64,000 bases of DNA from positions 24,926,001 to 24,990,000 of the forward strand of contig CM075987.1 of NCBI GenBank assembly GCA_038087875.1, given 5' to 3'. A program made the translations under genes and the position numbers. The number at the start of each line of letters is the position of its first letter. The stretch's first letter is position 1. Below the pieces are notes generated by a model. The model saw only the letters and a list, made by a program, of their open reading frames with translations. It made no database searches and was not told the DNA's origin. Below, in pieces: positions 49,387-62,392 of this stretch. The DNA comes from Malacoraja senta (Eukaryota).

Positions 49387-50135
49387 CAAAATAAGCAGCA
49401 GGAGGCTGCAATCGCACACATTTTTTTTCAACACCGACAATTGCTTCTCCATTTGGAATAGTAAACTGGAAATCTAGAGGAAGGAAGACATTTCAAACAG
49501 TGCTGTACAATTGTGTAGGAAGGAACTGCAGATGCTGGTTTAAACCGAAGATAGACACAAAAAGCTGGAGTAACTCAGCGGGGCAGGCAGCATCTCTGGA
49601 GAGAAGGAATGGGTGACGTATCGGGTCGAGACCCAAAGGTCACCCATTCCTTCTCTCAAGGGTGCTGTGCAAATTTCCTTGTGCCACAATTGTGACAGAA
49701 TTCATGTTTCACTCAGGGAATGATTCCAAGGAATGGCGTCAGACATGACTTGGATTCCAGTATCTAGTCTCCATATACCAATTTCCCCGGAGTTTAGATG
49801 GACTCCAAATCCACTTCTGCTCACTTCTCCTTCACTCAACTGATCAGACCTCAAAGGTACACAAAAATGCTGGAGAAACTCAGCGGGTGCAGCAGCACCT
49901 ATGGAGCGAAGGAGATAGGCAACGTTTCGGGCCGAAACCCTTCTTCAGACCTGAAGTTCTGAAAGCAGCAACGGAGGTTCAGGCCATGGTAAAGTCGTAC
50001 GCAACGAGCCTCTCTTGCGCAAGTTACAGACTCTACACCGCGGGCTCTATCTCTCAAATTTGGCAATCTCCAAACTGGACATCTCCAAAATTCCTGGCAA
50101 GACTGATCACACTTAAATAATACCTCTATTTTGCT

Positions 50136-50172
50136 TCGTCTGAAGAAGGGTCTCGACCCGAAACGTCACCCA
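50136..50172 (+). ncRNA. Minimal hammerhead core in a Penelope pLTR
   Basis: CTGAAGAAGGGTCTCGACCCGAAACGTC at 50140-50167. Confidence 0.6.
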
Positions 50173-50579
50173 TTCATTCCTTCTCTCCAGAGATGCTGCC
50201 TGTCCCGCTGAGTTACTCCAGCATTTTGTGTCAACTTTCGATTTAAACCAGCATCTGCAGTTCTTTCATACGCACTTCTATTTTGCTTGTTCTTCTTATG
50301 GCAATGAAGTGAATTTAATTACTAGAAATGTTAAGACTTGGTATAGATAGCGCAGAACAAAGAGTTCCCTGGCAGAGGAATTTATACTTTAAATTTGGAA
50401 AAATACATGAAACCTTGAAAGTGTGTGTTGCCATCAGAACAGGCTGCCACAAGGCGTCTCAAGAGGACACATTACGACATACTAATGCAGGGTAAAGCAC
50501 AGGAGGTTCTCGCCTTCTGTAATCGGAGCTTGATCAGTAACAACACAACTCTCCAATTAACAGGGAGCTGCACAAACAC

Positions 50580-50938
50580 GGTGAAAGGCCTGACTAGAGT
50601 TGATGTGGAGAGGATGTTTCCGCTGGTGGGAGCGTCTAGGACCAGGGGTCGCAGCCGCAGAATACAAGAACATTCCTTTCGGAAGGAGATGAGGAGGAAT
50701 TTCTCTAGTCAGAGGGTGGTGAATCTGTGGAATTCATTGCCACAGAAGGATGTGGCGACCAAGTCATTGGACATTTTTAAGGTAGAGAATGATTGATACT
50801 TGATTAGTACGGGTGTCAGTGGTTATGGGGAGAAGGCAGGAAAATGGAGTTGAGGGGAAGATAGATCAGCCATGATTCAATGGTGGCGTAGACTTGTTGG
50901 GCCGAATGGCCTAATGCTGCACCGATCACTTATGAACT
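50580..50938 (+). mobile_element. CR1-type LINE 3' fragment
   Basis: RVDVERMFPLVG..RVVNLWNSLP. Confidence 0.82.
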
Positions 50939-53900
50939 GTTGCATCCAGAAAAGACCATTATTCCCGAGGGAATTAAATGTTTGGGTACGGGGATAGTAG
51001 AATAGCAGTGGATCTTGTGAAACAGCATAGCTATGAATTAAAATTAAACTATTTTAGTTAGCTTTGTTTTGCCCCGATTTCCGTTTCATCTCGAGTTAAT
51101 GGCTTCCCCCTTCAGACTCTCAACAATGGATCCCAGATCAATAAATATAACAATGTGCCACTGGTTTTAAATTGTGTAATTGCTCACATGCTGTCAAATC
51201 TACTTCATCAAGAGCTGCTCGGGATTTCAAAATCTGTGACAATTTTTTCCAAACTTAGAACAATGACTTCCTCGATTTCTGAGTAATCGATGTCCCTCAT
51301 CCATGGTCTCATCTGCAGCTTAATACACTATTGTCCTTCTGAAGGTGGTGCTGGTCAGAGATGAATATTGTACTCTAAACCTAGATCACAACCATGCATC
51401 TGGAATAATTTAGCATCTAATAATGAAGCCCTGCCCCAAAATAGCCAGCATCGAGGATTTCTAAAACAAGAGGCTGTAGACTCAAGATGAGAGGGAGAGA
51501 TTCGAGAGGGATCTCAGGTCATCCTTTTCACTTTGTGGGTAGCCCGTACCTGGAATGAGCTGCCACAGGAAGCTATGGAAGTGGATGCAATTGGGACTTT
51601 TGAAAGACATTTGGACAGATATATGGATGGGGAGGGTTTAGAGGACCATGGTCCAAATGGAAGACAAAATGGGACCCAGCATGCCAACTGGTCAGAGTGG
51701 ACAAGATGGGCCAAAAAAAACTGTCTCCATGATGGAAATCTCTTTAACTTTAATAGACTGAATCTGTTCTCTATTTATAAAGATGTGTGTACATGCAGCC
51801 CATATCTGTGTCATGGGGATATTTTTAAAATTACCGATGATAAAGGAAATTGGAGGGACAGAATCTCATATTTTACTTGGGCAGCTTACAGCCCAGTGGT
51901 ATGAATATTGATTTCTCTAACTTCAAGTAACCCCTGCATTCCCTTTCTCTCTCCATTCCCCCCCCCCCCCCAGTCACACCAGGTTCCTGTTCTCACCTAG
52001 CATACAGCTAACAATCGCCTGTTTATCATCGTAACTTTTTTACATATCTTTCAATCATTTGTTATATATCTCTCTATGTCATCGTCTATATCTCGTGTCT
52101 CCCTTTCCCCTGACTCTCAGTCTGAAGAAGGGTCTCGAGCTGAAACGTCACCCATTCCTTCCCTCCAGAGATGCAGCCTGTCCCGCTGAGTTACTCCAGC
52201 ATTTGGTGTCTATCTTCGGTTGAAACCAGCATCTGCAGTTCCTTCCGACACATTAACCTATAAACCTGCATGTCTTTGGCGTGTGGGTGGAAACTGGAGC
52301 ACCCGGAGAAAACCCAGCCAGGTCACAGGGAGAACGTACAAACTCCATACAGACACATGCCATGCAGTGTCAACTCTACTGCTGCACCACCCAGTATTAA
52401 GTATTAAGTATTCTTCTTGAAAAATTAGTGAGACGTCCCCAATCTCACTGTTCAGGAACAATTAAACCTTTTAATATCAATTAACTCTCATTATTCAGAC
52501 AATGCTTCAACTCGCATATTAAACCTCATCTATTGTGTACCTGTCTATTTAACAAATGTGTATTTATTTTCCCAACTGCAGTCAATTACTATGCAACAGA
52601 GATTTGTGTTACCTGCGATACGATTATCAAGTGAAATGTTCCTCTGCAGACATAAACGCAGATCATTAATGTAGATTATGTGGAGCATTTGTGCCGCACT
52701 GACTCTGGAGAATGCCATTTGAACATTTCCCTCCAGTCTGATTAACAGCCATTCAATTAATATCTACCCCTTGGCTGAATTTCTATTTACTCCCACCACC
52801 CCTGTAGTTCCACTGGGTTTAATTTGCTAACAAACTTATTATGTGCCACTTTGTAAAACACCTTTTGGAAGATTACGATATCAATCACACAGGACATTTA
52901 TGCCAAAGGGTTTCAGATCTGAAATGTTAACCGTTTCCTTTTCCCGCTGATGCAGCGCGTTTTTGACATGTTTTCGTTTTTTATGGCAAAAGTATCTGTG
53001 CACCTTGTTTCAGGGGACCATTACTTTTAAATTATTGTCTATCTTCTTTGCGCTCTTTAAAACGGCCTTGAATTATAAATCCCCCCCCACCCCCACTATT
53101 GTCAACAAAGCCAAGTCACTTTTTGCAAGTGTCCTGTCCGAGAACAGAAGGGAAGGGGGAAAGATTTAATCAGAATCTGAGGGGTAACTTTTTCACACAA
53201 AGGGTGGTGGGTTTATGGAACGAGCTGCCGGAGGAGGTAGTTGAGGCAGGGACTATCGCAACGTTTAAGAAACAGTTAGACAGGTACATGGATCGGACAG
53301 GTTTGGAGGGATATGGGCCAACCGCAGGCAGGTGGGACTAGTGTATATGGGACATGTTGGTCGGTGTGGCCATCTAGGCCGAAGGGCCTGTTTCCACACT
53401 GTATCACTCTATGGGTCTATGACTATAACTAGCCTTCCGCTGGCAGTACGATTCCACAAATTGCTTCAAAATTCCACAAATTATTTCAACATGGAGAATG
53501 TTATTCAGTCCTCGTTAAAGATAGTAAATATAGAAAAGGAAAATAAAAATATTTCCTTGATGACGTTTCCTTTGATCCGTGTTTTCACACCTTAGCCTTC
53601 CATATCTCTCTGTCTCCCTTAACGTGAAGGGGAAAAGATTTAATAGGAATCTGAGCGGCAACCATTTCACAGAAAGGGTGCTGGATAGGTAGTTGAGGCA
53701 GGGACTATCCCAACGTTTAAGAAACATTTAGACAGGTGCATGGATAGGATAGGTTTAGAGGGATGTGGGCAGGTGGGACTAGTGTAGATGGGACATGTTG
53801 GTCGGTGTGGGCAAGGGGCTGTTTTCGTGGTGTATCACAATGTGACTCTATGACACGGCCAACACTTGCAACTGACAACACTAACACTATCCTACACACA

Positions 53901-54427
53901 CTATGGACAAATTTTCAATTATACCAAGCCAATTAGCCTGCAAACCTGCACGTCTTTGGAGTGTGGGAGGGAACCAGTGCACCCGGGGAAAACCCACGCA
54001 GGTCACGGGGAGAACGTACAAACTCCGTACAGATAGCACCCGTAGTTAGGATCAAACCCGCGTCCCTGGCGCTGTGCGGCAGCAACTTTACCGCTGCGCC
54101 AACTGTGCCGCCCTCGGTTACTCCAGCACTTTGTGATTTTATTTTTGTAAACCAGCATCTGCTGTTCCTGGTGGACACGATAAAAACCTAGGTAAGTTTC
54201 ATTGCCCGGTTAGGATTCACTCGAGTGTTTAAAAACTTGTTCTTTTCCCTTTGACCTTGCTCACTGCAGATGTGTGAAGATTGGAAACTGCTGAGTACAT
54301 CTAATTATGTTGTCAAGGTTGATGCCAGCTGCAGTCTCAATCCCTACACTATTTGATTACCTCTCTCCTGCATCTCAATGCATTGTGTCCGGCACACAAT
54401 CAAAGCCCAGCTTTAATATAAGACTAA

Positions 54428-54652
54428 AGGGCCTGTCCCATTTGGGCGTCATTTGCGCGTCACGCAGGTGGCGTGCGAAGATTTTGTGAATCCCAAAATC
54501 CAGGGGGACTGCCTGCGCCACCACGCACCATGCGCGGGTAATGCACGCCATGCGCGCACCACCTGCGGGTCACGACGTGCGTGTCGTGTGTCGTGACGCG
54601 TAAATGATTCGCGTAAATGACGCGCAAATAACGCCCAAGTAGGACAGGCCCT
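54428..54652. mobile_element. PIF/Harbinger-type MITE
   Basis: TIR agggcctgtcc..ttgggcgt / acgcccaa..ggacaggccct; perfect TAA duplication. Confidence 0.85.
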
Positions 54653-54792
54653 TAAGGTATCTACTGTGTGGAATCTGAAGTCAATGTTCAAAGTTTAAGC
54701 AAATATATCATCTATCACTGATCTATTACCTTCCAACACATGCGCATCAATTTAGCCCTACACACGTACTTTAGCCCTTCAAATCCAACTTT

Positions 54793-55097
54793 TAGTTTTG
54801 TTTAGTTTAGAGATACAACATGAAATCAGGCCCTTCGGCCCACCGGGTCCGTGCCGTCCAGCGATCCACGCATACTAACACTGACTATCCTACTCACGCT
54901 GGGGACTATTTTACAATCATATCAAGCCAATTAAAACACTCAAACCTGTACGTCTTTGGAGTGTGGGAGGAAACCGGAGATCCCGGAGAAAACCCACACA
55001 TGTCAAGGGGCGAACGTACAAACTCCGTACAGACAGCGTCCGTCGTCAGGATCGAACCCAGTTCTCTGGCGCTGTAAGGCTGCGCAACCATGCCGCC
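54793..55097 (-). mobile_element. HE1-type V-SINE
   Basis: Same consensus. Confidence 0.83.
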
Positions 55098-55374
55098 TAT
55101 ATGGAGCACCATGATCATATGGAGCAAGGAGACAGTGTTTGTAATAAAATGAAACTGCAGTTGCTGGTTAATATTCAATGCTGGAGTAACTCAGCAGGTC
55201 AGGCAGCATCACTGAAGAACATGGATATGTGATCTTTTAGGTCGGGATCCTTCCTGAGACCATACGTTCTAATCTTCTTCATCAGGTAACAGTGTTTGTA
55301 ACCCAGAGACCACGCCGACCATTAAGCATCAATCGACACTATTTTTATTCACCCTGCATCCCCACCAACTCTAA

Positions 55375-55704
55375 AAGCCCTGTCCCACGGGCAGGCGGTT
55401 ACTGGCGGTGACGCGCGGTGTAGCAGGAAGTTGGGACTGCGCGTGGACCGCCAGGGGACCGCGCATGGCCCGCGGGGTCGGTCCCACGCAGATCGCCGGA
55501 ACCGTATGTAGTTGGTCCCGACACCGCGCGGTGCTCAGAAAAACTGACACTGTCCAAAAATCTCGGCCTGCCGCCCAGCCGCCGCCTCTTCACCGTGAGC
55601 ACCGCCTGTATGCCGCGAGCTGTCTCGACGTCATCGCGTAGCGCATTGCGTTGCGCGGTGACGTCATCACCCGACGCCGCGCTCGCCGCATACATTCGCA
55701 TCAA
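55375..55704. mobile_element. Truncated PIF/Harbinger-type MITE
   Basis: TAA followed by aagccctgtcccac and a CpG-rich body; the right end is missing. Confidence 0.65.
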
Positions 55705-55800
55705 AGGTAGTTCGATAGTAGTTCAGGACTGTTCTCTGGTTGCGGTAGGATGGTTCAGTTGCCTGATAACAGCTGGGAAGAAACTGTCTCTGAATCTGGA
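55705..55800 (-). mobile_element. Rex1/Babar-like LINE ORF C-terminal fragment
   Basis: Reverse strand encodes SRFRDSFFPAVIRQLN. Related 3'UTR/tail pieces at ~34895-35115, ~1-170 and ~60505-60657. Confidence 0.6.
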
Positions 55801-55825
55801 CTGTTCCATCTTTCCCACGTTCAGC

Positions 55826-56480
55826 TTTCTTTTTTTTTTTTGAATTAATTTTATTAGAAGCGATTGTACAAGGATAAGGCGATCGACGTAACAGTTATAC
55901 AATTATTGTACAGCTTCATCTTTAACGTTAGAACCTATTTAACAAAAAAAAAAGAAAAAAAGAGAAAAAAGAAGAGAATGAAGAAAATAAGAAAAAACGA
56001 GAAAAAGACCCCTAAGCTACCAAAGAAGTGCAAGAGAAAAGAAAAGAAATAAGAAAAGAAAAGAAATAAGAAAAGAAAAGATGGAGATATACCTTCCCCC
56101 CCCCCCCCCCCCACCCCTCCTCACCCATCCCTGGCATCGGGTTTAAATTTTGTGTTTAACCATTCAGTTGTTGCAGAAATTCAGTAAAAGGGAACCATCA
56201 CTTTAGTTTTCTTCCTGCGATTTTAAATCTTGACATTTCTGCACATTTAGATTTGCGATACCCTCTTTGTCATGAAAGTGAAGAACATTTCCCAGCAACT
56301 GACTATGTTTTATTTTGCTCCCACTCTTCGAAATATGATATAAAGTTGATCAAATTCCCCTCTCCAGAATAACCAAATAATCAAATATTCCTCCTGCATG
56401 CCATGCTTTGAAGATATTTCAGAAGGTTTCAAGAATTATGTGTACTTGATTTGCACATGTACCAACACGAAGGGCGAGAT
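55826..56480 (-). mobile_element. L1-clade-like 3' remnant with poly(A) tail
   Basis: Poly-T and ttttatt on the + strand (poly-A and AATAAA on -), pyrimidine and G tracts, and ORF end WFPFTEFLQQLNG*. Confidence 0.45.
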
Positions 56481-56553
56481 TGAATTTTTTTTTTGCCTTC
56501 CATCACAGTGAGAAATGTGAAGGAGTCACTGTGGTGGATGTTTATGTTAAAAT

Positions 56554-57487
56554 TTACTAAAACCGATCAAATCTACTCAGCCTTATCCACTGCCTCGAGG
56601 TTATAAAGTGTTGGATGGCCCAGAACTTCCTCCAACTAAACGAGAGTAAGTCTGAGGTCATCCTACTCGGCCTCTCAATACGATAGCAGGCAGCCTTGGA
56701 AGCCTTACACCACTACTCAAACCTCACGTCAAAAACATTGGCGTGATATTTGACTCCACGTTGAAATTAGACAAACAAGTCAATGCCATGGTAAAAGCTA
56801 GCTGCTTCCAGCTTCAGACGATAGCTAAAATAAAATCATTCCTCCAATCCTCGAAAAGATCATCCACTCATTTATCTCCTCCTGCCTTAATTACTGCAAC
56901 TCCCTTTACACTGGCATCAGCCAATCATCCCTGTCCCTCCTGCAATTGATCCAAAACGCCGCAGCGAGACTCCTGACGGGCACCCGAATAAGGGACCACA
57001 TCACCCCGATTCTGGCCTCTCTCCACTGGCTCCCAGTGCGGTTCCGAATCAATTTCAAGCTCCTCCTTTATGTCTACAAAGCCTTGCCCCCACCTACATC
57101 AAAAATCTGCTTACCCACCACTCCACCTCCAGGTCCCTCAGGTCGGCCGACTTGGGGTTACTGACCATCCCGCGATCTAGGCATAAGCTCAGGGGCGACC
57201 GCGCTTTTGCGGTTGCAGCTCCTAGACTGTGGAACAGCGTCCCTCTTCCCATCAGAACTGCCCCCTCCATCAACTCTTTTAAGTCTAGACTTAAAACTTA
57301 CTTCTACGCTCAACCTTTCTTGAGGTCCTCTGAGGGAGTGCTGTATGTATGTGTTTATGTATGTATTGTTGATCTATGTACCACTGTATGTAGCATGTTA
57401 GTACCTGCACTGATGTAAAGCACTTTGGTCAACGAGAGTTGTTTTTAAATGTGCTATAGAAATAAAATTGACTTGACTTGACTTGAC
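56554..57487 (+). mobile_element. L2-clade LINE 3' fragment
   Basis: WMAQNFLQLN..K.E, QNAAARLLTG..HITPILASLHWLPV, RAFAVAAPRLWNS, FKSRLKT. (TTGAC)n tail. AAAT duplicated at 56550-56553 and 57488-57491 within an older repeat tail. Confidence 0.92.
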
Positions 57488-57856
57488 AAATGTATTTTGT
57501 GTGTTCTGTTGCTTTTTATTGGTATGAATGTACGGCAAATCAAATTCCTCGTAAGTTGCAAAACATACTTGGCTAATAAAGAACTGTGTAGGAAGGAACT
57601 GCAGATACTGGATATACATCGCAGGTAGACACAAAATGCTGGAGAAACTCAGTGGATCAGGCAGCATCTCTGGAGGGAAGGGACAGATGACGATTTGGAT
57701 CGTGACCTTTCTTCAGCCCTTCAGGTATGGGTCCAGCTAACAAGCTGTTCCAGGATTTAAAAAAATGATCCAATGAATGAGCAGGTTAACATCTGAGGTA
57801 GACAAAAAATGCTGGAGGAACTCAGCGGGTTAGGAAGCATCCAGGTAGAGAAGGAA

Positions 57857-57895
57857 TAGGTGACGTTTCGGGTCGAGACCCTTCTTCAGACTGAT
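57857..57895 (-). ncRNA. Minimal hammerhead core in a Penelope pLTR
   Basis: The + strand reads gacgtttcgggtcgagacccttcttcag, the reverse complement of the intact core. Confidence 0.6.
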
Positions 57896-57927
57896 GTCGG
57901 GGGGATGGGGGGCGGGAAAAAGCATAA

Positions 57928-58926
57928 CATCTGATGAGCGTTTGATGACACTGGGCCTGTACTCGCTGGAGTTTAGAAGGATGAGGGGGGAACCTCATTG
58001 AAACACGGACTGGTGATAGGCCTGGATAGAGTGGATGTGGGGAGGATGTTTCCACTAGTGGGAGAGTCTAGAACCAGATGTCATAGCCTCAGAGTTAAAG
58101 GATGTTCGCTTAGGAAGAAAATGAGGAGGAATACCTTTAAGGCTCTGTCTTACCTGTTTGCGGTCATCGGCGGTGAAGCGCGGCAACGGCGAGAGCGTCG
58201 AGCCTACACACCGGAGCGCCGCACGGATGTTGCGCGGGGGCCGAGTTAATTCAAACACGGCGGGTCCCACGTGCTTGCGGTAAGTAAAAAAAGGGCGGGC
58301 CGACTGCGATGACGTCGGCCCGCCGCACGTGACTCACCAGCGGCGGCTGTGGCGGCGGCCGTCCTGATCGCGGCGCTGTAGCGGTGGCTGTGCCTGCGGC
58401 CGTGCCGCACACGTGCCTCACGAGCCTGTGCCAGTGGAGGTTTGACGCATGGCGCTCGAGCCACACTGGCGGCGGCCCGTGCGGGCGGCCGTGCCGCACT
58501 CGCGCATCACTGGTGGAGGTTGTGCGGTGAGTATTTAGTTTTGGACATTGTCGCTTTTATTTTAGCACCGCGCGGTGTTGGGAACACCGCCGCACGGCCC
58601 AGGAATTGTACTTTCTCACGAGTGCGCGGTCTATGGCGGCAGATTCCTCCCGTTTCGCCGCCATAGACCGCAGACTCGTGAGACAGGCCTTTTAGTCAGA
58701 GGTTGGTGAATCTGTGGAATTCTTTGTAACAGAAGGCTGTGGAGGCCAAGTCAGTGGATGTCTTTAAGGCAGAGATAGATAGATCCTGGATAAGTACAGG
58801 TGTCAGAGTGTTATGGGAAGAAGGCAAGAGAATGGGGTTAAGAGGGAAAGATAGATCAGCCATGATTGAATGGCGGAATTGACTTGATGAGCCGAATGGC
58901 CTAATTCTGCACCTATCACTTATGAA
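57928..58926 (+). mobile_element. CR1-type LINE 3' fragment split by a MITE (58140-58691)
   Basis: Removing the MITE and one TTA restores gaggaataccttta-gtcagagg. Confidence 0.82.
58140..58691. mobile_element. PIF/Harbinger-type non-autonomous element in CR1
   Basis: Termini aggctctgtcttac / gtgagacaggcctt; TTA duplication; near-identical to 61417-62020. Confidence 0.82.
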
Positions 58927-59389
58927 CAAGAATTTTGACCCATCAGCAGTGAAGGAAAGGCAATATATGTTTGAGTTAGGATGTTGTGTGGCTTAGAGGA
59001 CATCTTCTAGGGGGTTCCCATGCTTCAGCTGCCCCTTGTCTTTCTCACTGGAAGAGGTCATGGGTTTCTAAGGAGTTTTGGCCAGTTGTAGACAATAGAC
59101 AGTGGACAATAGGTGCAGGAGTAGGCCGTTCGGCCCTTCGAGCCAGACTGGAGAGGTTGCAATCTGTTGCTACTCTGGGTCAGTGGCGGAGTCAGTGAAC
59201 AGTTGTGGTTCGGATGCTCATTAAGTGGTCTGCTGTACCCTGTTAGATGGAAAGATTCTTGAGTATTGTTAAAGCTGCACTCATCCATGCAAGTGAGTAT
59301 TGCCTCACACTCTACATATGCCAGATAGCTCAATGCCCACATTGGGCATAACATTTTATCCATTAAAGCTATCGTCTTGAAACACTAGG

Positions 59390-59682
59390 GCTGGCACAGT
59401 GGCACAGCGGTAGAGTTGCTGCCTTACAACGGCAGAGACCCAGGTTCGATCCTGAGTGCGGGCGCTTGTTTATACGTAGTTTGTACGTTCTCCCTGTGTC
59501 TGCTTTAGGTTTTCTCCGGGTGCTCCGGTTTCCTCCCACACTCCAAAGACGTGCATGATTGCAAGTTAATTGGCCTTCGGTAAATTATCCCTAATCTGTG
59601 GGATAGAACTAGTGTGCGGGGATCGCTGGTCTGCATGGACTCAGTGGGCCGAAGGGCCTTTTTTCAGGCTGTCTCTCGAAAC
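59390..59682 (+). mobile_element. HE1-type V-SINE
   Basis: Same consensus. Confidence 0.83.
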
Positions 59683-61416
59683 CCCCGAAAAACTCTCAGC
59701 AATGTACATACATTTCTGGGGTATGCTTGGTGATAGAATTATGAGGTTGGAATTATTCCGTATCAAGAAGAGGGAAGCATTACGATTTTCTTCACAACTT
59801 TCCGCAAACTGTTAAAAAGGTGATGCTGTGAAATTCAATTAATTCCTATACTTGATATGATCAGCTTGTGATATAGTGATATGTTGCAGCATGACATAAA
59901 ATGTCACTGCTCAGAGACCATGTGCTGGCACTGTCAGTATTTAATTTGAGTTACACATATATATATATATATAGAGCTAGTCCAGATCAAGGCAGTGTAA
60001 TGTTCTCCCTAAGGGGATTAATGAAGTATCTGGTGGTTTCTTTATTGTTACAGGCTTTTTCTATCAAATTTATTTAAACTGAGAATAAAAAGTCAATGGT
60101 ATCAATGGTGGTAAATTGGAAATTATTCATTGTAAGAACCACTTTTACAATAACAATTAGTCGTACCAGGGGTGGTGATAGAGGCAGATTCAACAGTGGC
60201 ATTTAAGATGCCTTTAGATAGGCACATGGATTTTTAGTTTAGTTTAGTTTAATTTAGAGATACAGCGCGGAAACAGGTCCTTCGGCCCACCGAGTCCGCT
60301 CCGACCAGAGATCCCTGCACACTAACACTATCCTACACGCACTGGGGACAATTTACACATACACCAAGCCAATTAACATATAAACCTGTACGTGTTTGGA
60401 GTGTGGGAGGGAACCGAAGATCTCGGAGAAAACCCCACGCAGGTCACGGGGTTTCCATATCTCTCATTTCCCTCTCCCCTGATTCTCTGAAGAAGAGTCT
60501 CGACATATAAATGTGTATATATTTATATAATGGTATATGGTCACACTGATCTGTTCTGTATTCATGCCTACAATATTCTGTTGTGCTGAAGCAAAGCAAG
60601 AATTTCATTGTCCTATCTGGGACACATGACAATAAACTCTCTTGAATCTTGAATCTTGCCCGAAAGGTTCCATCCAGACGTGCTACCTGTCCCGCTGAGT
60701 TACTCCAGCATTTTTGTGTCTGTCTTCGGTATTTGTGTCGGCATCTGCAGTACCTTCCCACGCCTTAAATTTTCTACAGCAGAAGGTTTGGAAACTCTTT
60801 TAAATCCAAGTGTTGAAGCTCGTCGGGTTTGCAGGGGAAACAGCTGCGAGATAAGGCATCTATCTCTACAATCTCTTTGAGCAAGCACATGGTGAATCCC
60901 TGCAGAAAATCAGCACACACTCATCTCCATTCCATCAGGGAATCGTTTCACTTTTGTTCATAACGATATTCCTTCCATCCACAGCTGAGGTTGAAGGTGG
61001 CATTTATTCAATAATCCATGCCATGAATCCCAAGCTGTGGTGTCAGGGCTGAGGAATAATAATACCATTTTCGTGCCATTCCTGAACCTGGCAGCACAAA
61101 CTGTGACCCCGTGATGCACAATACCTGGCATTACCTCTCAGCCATGTAAATTGGAGCTCATTTAGATTTTTGAACCGATGACATTTTCAGACATTTTCAG
61201 ACATTTAATGCGCCTGCTCATGGTTCAAATACGGTTCTTCGTGAGAGGAATAGATCGGGTGGACGCGCAGAGCCTCTCGCCCAGAGTAGGGGAATCGAGA
61301 ACTAGAGGGACATAGGTTTAAGGTGAAGTGGGGGGGAAAGATTTAATAGGAACCTGAGGGATAACGTTTTCACACAAAGTGTGGTGGGTGAATGGAATGA
61401 GCTACTGGAGGAGCTA

Positions 61417-62020
61417 AGGCTCTGTCTTACCTGTTTGCGGTCATCGGCGGTGAAGCGCGGCGTCGCCGGTAGCGAGGACCGTGCGGCAACGGCGAGAGCG
61501 TCGAGCCTATCCACCGGAGCGCCGCACGGATGCTGCGCGGGGGCCGAGTTAATTCAAACACGGCGGGTCCCACGTGCTTGCGGTAAGTAAATAAAAGGGC
61601 GGGCCGACTGCGATGACGTCGGCCCGCCGCACGTGACTCACCAGCGGCAGCTGTGGCAGTGGAGGTTTGACGCACGGCGCTCGAGCCATACTGGCGGCGG
61701 CCCGTGCGAGCGGCCGTGCCTCACTGGCGGCGGCACGTGCCTCACTGGCGGAGGCTGTGGCAGTGGAGGTTTGACGCACGGCGCTCGAGCCTTACTGGCG
61801 GCGGCCCGTGCGAGCGGCCGTGCCGCACTCGTGCATCACTGGTGGAGGCTGTGCGGTGAGTATTTAGTTTTGGACATTGTCGATTTTATTTTAGCACCGC
61901 GCGGTGTTGGGAACACCGCCGCACGGCCCGGGAATTGTACTTTCTCACGAGTGCGCGGTCTATGGCGGCAGATTCTTCCCGTTTCGCCGCCATAGACCGC
62001 AGACTCGTGAGACAGGCCTT
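61417..62020. mobile_element. PIF/Harbinger-type non-autonomous element in CR1, second copy
   Basis: Same termini and body as 58140-58691, with a different number of internal GC-rich subrepeats. Confidence 0.82.
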
Positions 62021-62355
62021 TTACAGTAGTTGAGGCAGGGACTATCGCAACGTTTAAGAAACATTTAGAAACATTTAGATAGGTACATGGATAGGACAGG
62101 TCCAGAGTGATATGGGCCAAACGCAGGCAGGTGGGACTGGTGTAGATGGGACATACCGGTTGGTGTGGGCAAGTTGGGTGGAACACACACTGTATGACAC
62201 TACGACAGATAATGCTTACGAAACTCAGTAAGGTAGGCAGCATCTGCGGAGAGAGATCAAGAATAATGGTTTCAGGTCAATGACATTCAGGAAAGATTAT
62301 TCTCTCACTCTCCAGATGCTGACTGATCCGCTGAATATCTCCAGCATAAGTTGTT

Positions 62356-62392
<37 letters not shown>

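Noticed and set aside
58140..62020. CpG-island-like promoters
   Set aside because: The CpG-rich patches coincide exactly with MITE copies bounded by TIRs.
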